NCBI GenBank assembly: GCA_964406495.1
Contig: CAYOSB010000001.1
Span: 716 to 64,715, forward strand
Length of the DNA stretch: 64,000 nucleotides
Reading direction: 5' to 3'
DNA from: an uncultured Bacteroidaceae bacterium
GTDB lineage: Bacteria; Bacteroidota; Bacteroidia; Bacteroidales; GCA-2748055
Below, in pieces: positions 45,328 to 53,800 of this stretch. The stretch's first letter is position 1. The number at the start of each line of letters is the position of its first letter. The position numbers and the translations under genes were made by a program. The notes beneath the pieces are model-generated. The model had not been told where the DNA came from and did not search any database. It saw nothing but the letters and a program-made list of their open reading frames with translations.

Positions 45328-46821
45328 ATGGCAAAATACGTTACAGCAAAAGAGGATATCGTACCCTTCGGGCAAAAATTAGCATTCGGTTCCGGTCACC
45401 TGGCCAACCAGCTGTTTCCCGCAGCACTCGGGGTCTTTATGGTAGTATTGGTGCTGGCTTTGAAGATGGACCCTTTTCTTGCAGGTGTACTGGCGGCCGT
45501 GCCCAGGTTGCTGGATGCCCTGACCGATCCTATCATGGGATACATCTCCGACAATACACGTTCGAAATGGGGAAGAAGAAAACCCTATATTTTCCTGGGC
45601 AGCCTGATCACGGGCTTTGCCTTTATGATCATGTGGCAACTGAACCCGGAAAACTCCCAGACCTATAATTTTTTCTATTTCCTGACACTCTCCATTGTTT
45701 TTTATATTGGCTATACGATTTTCGCAACACCGCTGATCGGACTGGGGTATGAAATGACTCCTGATTACAATGAGCGTACACGACTCATGGCGGTGTCACA
45801 ATGGCTGGGACAGGTTGCCTGGATGATCGCTCCCTGGTTCTGGGTAATCATCTACAACGAATCCATTTATGACACTCCGGCGCAAGGCGCAAGAAATCTT
45901 GCCATCTGGGTAGGGGCCTTGTGTATGATCCTGGGTATGATGCCGGCCTTTTTCAATAAGGAATTGGTCCTGCCAGCACTGAAGAAAGAGGCCAAAATTA
46001 ATATGCAGAACCTGGCATATAATACCAAACAATTTATAGCCGGAATAGCACAAACCCTTAAATGCAGACCCTTTCTTCGCCTGTGTGGAGCCACTTTTCT
46101 GGTGTTCAATGGATTTCAGACCATCGCCCAGTTTGCATTTTACATTATTATTTTCCATCTCTTCAAGGGTGATACAAACGCAGCCGGCAACTGGCCCGCC
46201 TGGTTTGGTACCGTCAGCGCCCTCGCGACAGCCTTCCTTGTAATCCCAATTATCACTGCCATTTCTGCGCGTCTTGGCAAGCGAAATGCTTTTATCATAG
46301 CCACTTTCATTTCCATGGTAGGATACGGGCTCAAATGGTGGGGATTCAACCCGGAAAATCCTTACCTGATGTTTATGCCGATTCCCCTATTGTCTTTTGG
46401 AATTGGTGGCCTGTTTACACTGATGATGTCAATGACTGCCGATGTATGTGACCTGGATGAACTGAATACAGGGGAAAGGCGCGAGGGCACATTCGGTGCC
46501 GTGTACTGGTGGATGGTCAAACTGGGCACTGCTGTTGCCTTGCTCACCAGCGGGGCTGTACTGAACCTGGTCGGCTTCGATGTGGATGCAAGTACGCAGA
46601 CAGTGGAGACGATGACCAGACTGCGTTTGGCCGATATCCTGATCCCGATATTTTTTGGAATCCTGGCCATTTTGATCATGTGGAACTACCCCATCACCGA
46701 AGCAAGATCACATGAAATAAGAGAGATATTGATCAGCAGGCGCGGTAAAGTGGTGCACGAAGAAGAAGCGAAGAAGGAGGAACTGAAGGAGGATGAACTC
46801 GAATGGGCAAAGGCGAAATGA
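45328..46821 (+). CDS. MFS transporter, glycoside-pentoside-hexuronide (GPH):cation symporter family
   Basis: 12-TM pattern with the GPH-type N-terminus FGSGHLANQL and the loop DALTDPIMGYISDNTRSKWGRRKPY. It has a charged C-terminal tail. Confidence 0.8.
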   Translation: MAKYVTAKEDIVPFGQKLAFGSGHLANQLFPAALGVFMVVLVLALKMDPFLAGVLAAVPRLLDALTDPIMGYISDNTRSKWGRRKPYIFLGSLITGFAFMIMWQLNPENSQTYNFFYFLTLSIVFYIGYTIFATPLIGLGYEMTPDYNERTRLMAVSQWLGQVAWMIAPWFWVIIYNESIYDTPAQGARNLAIWVGALCMILGMMPAFFNKELVLPALKKEAKINMQNLAYNTKQFIAGIAQTLKCRPFLRLCGATFLVFNGFQTIAQFAFYIIIFHLFKGDTNAAGNWPAWFGTVSALATAFLVIPIITAISARLGKRNAFIIATFISMVGYGLKWWGFNPENPYLMFMPIPLLSFGIGGLFTLMMSMTADVCDLDELNTGERREGTFGAVYWWMVKLGTAVALLTSGAVLNLVGFDVDASTQTVETMTRLRLADILIPIFFGILAILIMWNYPITEARSHEIREILISRRGKVVHEEEAKKEELKEDELEWAKAK

Positions 46822-46849
46822 ACCCTGAAACGGGAAAACAACCCTGAAA
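46821..46849 (+). promoter_or_regulatory. 10-bp direct repeat AACCCTGAAA x2 (46821-46830, 46840-46849)
   Basis: Exact copies 19 bp apart, immediately upstream of the -7 box at 46851. They lie in the 62-nt spacer before the GH17 gene. Confidence 0.4.
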
Positions 46850-46850
46850 T

Positions 46851-46858
46851 TAAATTTG
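46851..46858 (+). promoter_or_regulatory. -7 promoter box TAAATTTG (internal PUL promoter candidate)
   Basis: Exact TAnnTTTG match, 26 nt upstream of the GH17 ATG at 46884. Confidence 0.45.
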
Positions 46859-46883
46859 CTTTCATCAATAAAGCACATTCAAT

Positions 46884-48140
46884 ATGACACGAAAGATATT
46901 TCATACGACAGCAATTATCTTACTTTCATTAATACTCGCCGCATGCTCCAGACCGGGAATTGATCCAATGAGCGCAGAGGATCTGCTGGGTGATCCGGAC
47001 TACCCTGCCATGTCTTACGGGGGATACCGCGAAAACACCAGGGATAGCATACCCTCTGTTGAAGAGATCAAGGAAGATCTGCGCATCCTTGAAGCAATGG
47101 GCGTCAGGATCCTCAGAACCTATAACACCCAACAATATGCCCACGCCGAACGCCTGCTGAAAGCCATCCGGGAGACCAGGGAAACGAATCCCATGTTCGA
47201 GATGTATGTCATGTTGGGAGCCTGGATCGACTGTAAAGATGCATGGACAGATACACCCGATCATTCCCGGGAAGATGTTGAAAACAACACTGCCGAGATC
47301 AATGCGGCCGTGAGGTTGGCCAACACCTACCCGGAAATTGTGAAGGTAATCGCCGTGGGTAATGAGGCCATGGTGCACTGGGCAGCGAGCTATTTCGTGG
47401 AACCCGGCATCATCCTGAAATGGGTGGAATACCTGCAGGACCTCAAGAAATCAGGAGCACTTCCGTCTGACCTCTGGATCACCAGCTCGGATAATTTTGC
47501 CTCCTGGGGAGGAGGTGACAGCAGCTACCACAAACCGGACCTGGAACAACTGATTCATGCTGTTGATTTTATTTCGGTGCATACCTACCCGTTCCACGAC
47601 ACACACTACAATCCCGGATTCTGGCTTGTCCCCCCTGCTGAGCAGGAATTGGGGAAAGAGGCACAGGTGCAATTGGCCATGCAAAGAGCTTCTGACTACG
47701 CTCGGGAGCAATACAATTCCGTTAAGGAATATGTTGCAGGACTGGGAATCCAAAAAGAGATCCACATCGGGGAGACCGGGTGGGCCTCTGAAGACAACTA
47801 CCTCTATGGAGCAGCGGGATCAAAAGCTGCTGATGAATACAAACAACACTTATACTATGATTTGATCAGGGCCTGGACAGAAGAAGAAAACATCGCCTGC
47901 TTCTTTTTTGAAGCAATGGATGAATCATGGAAAGACAAGAAAAATCCAGGGGGATCTGAGAATCATTTTGGATTGATCACTGTCGACGGAGTGGCCAAAT
48001 TTGTCTTATGGGACCAGGTGGATGCAGGTCTTTTTGAGGGCTTGACGCGGGGAGGAAAACCTATCAAAAAAAGTTATAGCGGAAATTTTCAAAAACTGAT
48101 GGAAGAAGTGATTCCTCCTGATCCGGTCCCCAATGAATAA
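46884..48140 (+). CDS. Glycoside hydrolase family 17 (endo-beta-1,3-glucanase/transglycosylase type) lipoprotein
   Basis: Lipoprotein signal LSLILAACSRPG. GH17-type motifs are IAVGNEAMV (acid/base) and HIGETGWASED (nucleophile). Confidence 0.8.
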   Translation: MTRKIFHTTAIILLSLILAACSRPGIDPMSAEDLLGDPDYPAMSYGGYRENTRDSIPSVEEIKEDLRILEAMGVRILRTYNTQQYAHAERLLKAIRETRETNPMFEMYVMLGAWIDCKDAWTDTPDHSREDVENNTAEINAAVRLANTYPEIVKVIAVGNEAMVHWAASYFVEPGIILKWVEYLQDLKKSGALPSDLWITSSDNFASWGGGDSSYHKPDLEQLIHAVDFISVHTYPFHDTHYNPGFWLVPPAEQELGKEAQVQLAMQRASDYAREQYNSVKEYVAGLGIQKEIHIGETGWASEDNYLYGAAGSKAADEYKQHLYYDLIRAWTEEENIACFFFEAMDESWKDKKNPGGSENHFGLITVDGVAKFVLWDQVDAGLFEGLTRGGKPIKKSYSGNFQKLMEEVIPPDPVPNE

Positions 48141-48241
48141 ACAAGTATGATATTCTTATAAATTAGTATAAATAGTACATTGCTTGCCCCAGATTGAACA
48201 GCGGCTGAAGATCGAAAATATTCAGGATTAAATTCCTACAC

Positions 48242-49597
48242 ATGGAAAATAAAACAACAAAATTATCATTTAAAGAAAAGATCGGCTACGGCTTGGGTGA
48301 TACAGCCTCTCATTTCGTATGGGATATGGTCGGATTCTGGATCCTGATCTTTTACACCGACACATATGGGATCTCGGCTGCCGCTGCAGGAACCATTATG
48401 CTGATCGCAAGGATCTGGGACATGGTCAGCGATCCGGTCATGGGAATTATCGCTGATAAAACCAATACGCGGTGGGGGAAATTCAGACCCTACCTCCTCT
48501 GGATGGCATTTCCCTACAGCGTTTTGGCAGTGCTTGCCTTTACAACACCCGATTTCGGAGATACAGGCAAGGTGATCTATGCCGCTGTCACCTATTTATT
48601 ATTGATGACCGTTTTTACCGCTATCAATCTCCCCTATTCATCTCTCGGAGCTGTGATGACATCCGATACCTACGAAAGGGCGGGATTGAACTCTTACCGA
48701 TTTGTTTTTGCTTTTGCCGGACAGTTGATCGTGTCAGGAACGGCCCTGTCACTGGCCCTCTTCCTGGGAAAAGGCGACCAGGCCAAAGGGTACCAGTATA
48801 CCCTGATCCTGTTTGCTGTGATCAGTTTCATCCTTTTTATGATCACCTTCAGGACAACCCGTGAACGCGTAGCACCGCCTAAAGAACAAACAGCGGACCT
48901 GAAACAGGATTTGAAGAACCTGTTGAAGAACCGTCCATGGATGATCCTCTTTTTTGTGGGAATCATATCGTTCGTAATGTTTGCCCTGCAAAACCTCTCT
49001 GTCGCCTACTATTTCAAATATTACGTAGGAAATGCGGAACAGGTGCAGCTGTTCAATGTCATTGGAACCATTGCCCTGATCATTGCCATTCCTTTATCCA
49101 AGCCGCTTTCAAAACGATTTGGGAAGAAGACCGTCTACCTGACCAGCTCACTGCTTTCAGGAGTTTTCTTTATCCTGTTGTACATTCCCGGTCCTGAAAA
49201 CATTGGAACAATATTTACGCTGAATATCCTGGCCAAGATGGCCTATGCACCTGCTGTACCGCTGCTCTGGACGATGCTCGGGGATAGCGCAGATTATTCA
49301 GAATGGAAGGACGGTCGGCGTGCCACGGGACTGGTATTCTCTGCTGCCACCTTTGCACAGAAAGCGGGCTGGGGCATCGGTGGGGCACTTGCCGGATGGC
49401 TGCTGGCATTGTTTCAGTTCGAAGCGAACGTGGAACAGACGGAAACAGCGCTGACCGGGATCAAGTTAATGATCTCTGTAGTTCCCGGAATCCTCTATAT
49501 GTCGTGTGCAATTCTGCTCATATTTTACAACATTGATCAATCCACCTGCATTCAAATGCAAGAGGAACTTGATCAGCGCAGGGCCGCATCAGAATAA
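48242..49597 (+). CDS. MFS transporter, GPH:cation symporter family (second copy)
   Basis: N-terminus KIGYGLGDTASHF and loop DMVSDPVMGIIADKTNTRWGKFRPY, typical of GPH/MelB-like transporters. 12-TM pattern. Confidence 0.8.
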   Translation: MENKTTKLSFKEKIGYGLGDTASHFVWDMVGFWILIFYTDTYGISAAAAGTIMLIARIWDMVSDPVMGIIADKTNTRWGKFRPYLLWMAFPYSVLAVLAFTTPDFGDTGKVIYAAVTYLLLMTVFTAINLPYSSLGAVMTSDTYERAGLNSYRFVFAFAGQLIVSGTALSLALFLGKGDQAKGYQYTLILFAVISFILFMITFRTTRERVAPPKEQTADLKQDLKNLLKNRPWMILFFVGIISFVMFALQNLSVAYYFKYYVGNAEQVQLFNVIGTIALIIAIPLSKPLSKRFGKKTVYLTSSLLSGVFFILLYIPGPENIGTIFTLNILAKMAYAPAVPLLWTMLGDSADYSEWKDGRRATGLVFSAATFAQKAGWGIGGALAGWLLALFQFEANVEQTETALTGIKLMISVVPGILYMSCAILLIFYNIDQSTCIQMQEELDQRRAASE

Positions 49598-49723
49598 CCA
49601 GGAATACATCTGATCAGCCAGGCCGGCAACCGGGCAACCAGTTGAACACCCGGGCAGACAGGTAGACACCTGGCAGCTACATCCTGATAGACAACGGTCC
49701 GCAATTTAGTAACACTGAGAAAA

Positions 49724-50743
49724 ATGAATAAAATGAGAAAATTAGCCTGGGTCGCAATCATCGCAGTGTTGGGATTGAGTTTCCCTGCTTGCGCAAGTCA
49801 GTCGGAGGAAATGAAGGTTACTGTCTCCGGCCGGCAACTGCTGTTGAACGGGAATGATTATGAAATCAAAGGCATTTGTTACCACCCTGTGCCCCGGGGA
49901 AAAGTGACAAGAAGCTTTGACCGCCTTGAAACAGACCTTGAATTAATGCAGGAGGCTGGGATCAATACCATCCGGCTATACGCTCCTATCCCTGAGCGCG
50001 AAATACTTGACCGGGTGCACAAAGCAGGCCTGAAGATCATCATGGGCTTTGGTTACAACCAGGAGGGTATATTTGATATACTCTCGGGAACATTTATCAA
50101 TTACGTCGATCGGTTTAAGGACCACCCCGCCATTCTCATGTGGGAACTTGGTAATGAGTACAACTACCACCCGGAGTGGTTTGAAAACGATATAGACAAC
50201 TGGTATAAAGCGCTCAACAACGCTGCTGAACAGATCCACGACCATGACCCGAACCGGCCTGTATCCACAGCCCATGGTGAAATTCCGGATCCTGCTATTC
50301 TTGAAGCGTGTCCTGCCATCGATGTTTGGGGCATGAATGTGTACCGGTGGGATGATCCCTCGTCCATCTTTTCAGAATGGGAAAAGATCTCCGGCAAACC
50401 GATGTATCTTTCCGAAGCCGGGGCTGACAGCTACATGACCGTTGCAGGAAGGGGATATGTACAGGGACCCAATGAAAAAGCCCAGGCGGATGCAACCCGG
50501 AATATCCTGGAAGTAGTATTTCGCCATTCAGAGATCTGTTCCGGGGTCACACTTTTTTCGTTCCTGGATGGGATATGGAAGGCAGGAAATCCCGACAGTC
50601 AGGATCCTGGCGGCATGGCACCCAACAGTGCCGGAGTGCCCTATGATGCTACACCCAACGAGGAGTATTGGGGCATACTGGATATTGACCGGAATAAAAA
50701 AGCAGCTTTCCAGGTTGTGAAAGAAATATATCATTCTCATTAA
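49724..50743 (+). CDS. Clan GH-A (TIM-barrel) glycoside hydrolase lipoprotein, family unassigned
   Basis: Lipoprotein signal AVLGLSFPACASQ. Motifs: GINTIRLY, candidate acid/base WELGNEYN and candidate nucleophile MYLSEAGADS. Confidence 0.6.
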   Translation: MNKMRKLAWVAIIAVLGLSFPACASQSEEMKVTVSGRQLLLNGNDYEIKGICYHPVPRGKVTRSFDRLETDLELMQEAGINTIRLYAPIPEREILDRVHKAGLKIIMGFGYNQEGIFDILSGTFINYVDRFKDHPAILMWELGNEYNYHPEWFENDIDNWYKALNNAAEQIHDHDPNRPVSTAHGEIPDPAILEACPAIDVWGMNVYRWDDPSSIFSEWEKISGKPMYLSEAGADSYMTVAGRGYVQGPNEKAQADATRNILEVVFRHSEICSGVTLFSFLDGIWKAGNPDSQDPGGMAPNSAGVPYDATPNEEYWGILDIDRNKKAAFQVVKEIYHSH

Positions 50744-50833
50744 CCCTACCTGCCAGGAAATACCTGGCGGGTACTTGCAGGACGCAGAGCGGGCGGGGGG
50801 CAAGAAAATTAAATCACAATTAAAACCATCGCT

Positions 50834-53800
50834 ATGGCCAGATTTCTTGTTCTTGCGCTAATCGCTTCTCTAATGCTATTGTTACCGGACCAACTCCTTA
50901 TAGCACAATTTGTCGACGTGGGAAGCGGCAGTTACACCACCTCCTTCCCCGGCGTGGATGCCGCCAACCGGAATACCTATCCTTCAGGCACTCCGCAGCT
51001 AAGCGGAAACGCAGTGGGCAAACCCGTGCCTACCAATGACTGGTGGTCGCTGCTGATCAAAAACGACCATGCCGGGAATTTGTTTAATTACCCGATGGCC
51101 CTGAAAACAACCAACCCGGGACTGGTAGTGAGCTATATTCCATGGGGTGTCTACGACGACCAGGAACCGGTGATTGTCGGTGTAAGCGGACTGAATGCGG
51201 GCAAAACAACGGTTGCCGACTACTCTGACTGGACGGTGACGATGGACTGGAACGACGGCACCCGCCATTTCCAGGCGACATCCGGTATTGCCATGCCTTT
51301 TCTCTATTTTGAAAAAGGCGAATCCGACGTGGCCCGGGTACAGGTACAGCTGGGAACAGTGACCGTGAACAACGAAATGATCATCGTGGAAAATGCCCGT
51401 AATGGTGCTGATTTCGTGGTATATGCCCCTGCGGGTAGCGTATGGAGCCAGTCAGGAAATACATATACTTCATCGCTGAACGGAAAAAACTACTGGTCCA
51501 TGGCCATGCTCCCGCAGTCGGCAACCAACATGGCAGCGATCGCAGCGGAATATAAAAAATATGCCTTCGTCTTCCCGGTTAATACGACCACATCATGGAG
51601 CTATGATGAAGCAACTGCAGTCATGCAGACCAGTTTCCAGGTGGAAACTGAGGTGAAAGAAGGTGCCGGTACGAACATCCTGCAGGGACTCCTTCCCCAC
51701 CAGTGGGCGAACCTGGCACCAGATGCACCGCAACCGGGGGGCTACAGCTATGGTTCTGTGCGGGGAGAAATAAAGATGCTGGACGGAAACAGCTTCAGCG
51801 TAGAAAACAGGTTCAGGGGAATTCTTCCCACCCTGCCCTACCTGGCGTATTATAGCGATGGATTCAGTCCTGCTGAACTGAACAACAAAATCGGGCAGCT
51901 GGAAAACGACGGTCTGTCGACCTGGACCGACTCCTATAACGAGGGGCAGGTGATGAACAGGCTGATCCAGGCCGCAAGAATCGCCGATCTTACCGGGGAT
52001 ACGGACGCCCGGGACAAGATCATTACCACCATCAAAACCCGCCTGGAAGACTGGCTCACGGCAGAGGCTTCAGAAGTGGCCTTCCTGTTCTATTACAACA
52101 GTACCTGGAGCACCCTCATCGGCTACCCGGCCGGTCATGGCCAGGACGGGAACATCAATGACCACCACTTTCACTGGGGATACTTTATCCATGCTGCTGC
52201 ATTCATGGAGCAGTTCGAACCCGGCTGGGCCGAACAGTGGGGTGAAATGGTCAACCTGCTCGTTCGCGATGCCGCGACATCTGCCCGGAATGACAGCAAA
52301 TTTCCCTTCCTGAGAAACTTCAGTCCCTATGCCGGGCACTGCTGGGCCAATGGCTTTGCCACTTTCCCGCAGGGCAACGACCAGGAATCGACTTCAGAGA
52401 GTATGCAGTTCAATTCGGCCCTGATCCACTGGGGATCGGTAACGGGCAACGACACGATCCGCGACCTGGGCATCTACCTCTATACTACAGAACAGACCGC
52501 CATTGAAGAATACTGGTTGGATATATATGAACGCAATTTTTCAGCTTCGCAGCAGTATAGCCTGGTATCCAGGGTGTGGGGCAATTCCTATGACAACGGG
52601 ACCTTCTGGACGGCCGATATCGCTGCATCCTATGGGATCGAAATGTATCCCATCCACGGCGGCTCGCTCTACCTGGGTCACCATACTGATTATGCGCAGA
52701 AACTATGGGATGAGATCGCGGCCAACACGGGTATCCTGCAAAATGAAGCAAATCCCAACCTGTGGCACGATGTGATGTGGAAATACCTTGCATTCATTGA
52801 TCCCCAGGCAGCGATCGATTTGTACGACAGCTATCCCGACCGTTCACTGAAATTCGGGATCTCGGATGCCCAGACCTATTACTGGCTCCATGCCATGAAT
52901 GCGCTGGGAACCGTGCGATCGGATCTCACGGCAGACTGCCCCGTTGCAGCGGCTTTCCTGAAGGAGGGCACCACCACCTATGTGGCACATAATTATTCTG
53001 ACCAGGCGATCATGGTGACATATTCCGACGGAACGACACTGGAAGTGCCTGCCGGGCAAATGGTTACCAGCAGGGATCTCGCCATTTCAGGCCACCTTGC
53101 CGCAGATTTTCAACAGGCGTATCCAGGCGGAAGCGTGCGGCTCTCACTTGAAACTGAAGGTGAAACTCCCGACAAGGTTGCGTTTTATGATGGTACCAAC
53201 CTGGTCGGCACAGTGAATGCTGCTCCTTATACCATTGAAGCCGGAAACCTTTCTCCAGGCGTTCATGGTATGTATGCAAGGATCTATTTGGGTGAAGAGT
53301 ACATGATCAGCAACCAGGTCTCCATACAGGTGGGAGAGCAGGTGCCCTACGGCGAATTACCGACAGCACTGCCCGGCACAATTGAGACAGGACTGTATGA
53401 TAAGTTTGAAGGCGGCAATGGGCAGGGAATATCCTATGTGGATATGTCCCCGGCCAATGAAGGAGAATTCAGACCGGGTGAATATGTGGATGCTGTTGCA
53501 GATCCCGTTGAGGGAGCAATAGTGGGATGGATCGCTTCGGGGGAATGGCTTGAATATACCGTTGTCGTGGAGACAGCCGGGGTATATGACCTGTCATTCA
53601 GGTATGCCTCAGGCAATGAAAACGGCGGCGGACCATTTCACTTTGAGATCGACGGAAGAAGAATTAGTCCGGATATACCAGTGAGTACAACCAGCTACTG
53701 GGATTCCTGGTCTGCAAAAACCGCTGAAGGTATTGAACTGAACAAAGGGGTGCAGGTTCTCCGGCTCGTGTTTACAGGAGGCGAATTCAACCTGGGCAGG

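Noticed and set aside
50752-50768. Hairpin GCCAGG-AAATA-CCTGGC after the 49724-50743 gene as a terminator
   Set aside because: It has only a 6-bp stem and is followed by G-rich sequence rather than a T-run. GH81 starts 66 nt later, and read-through is more plausible.
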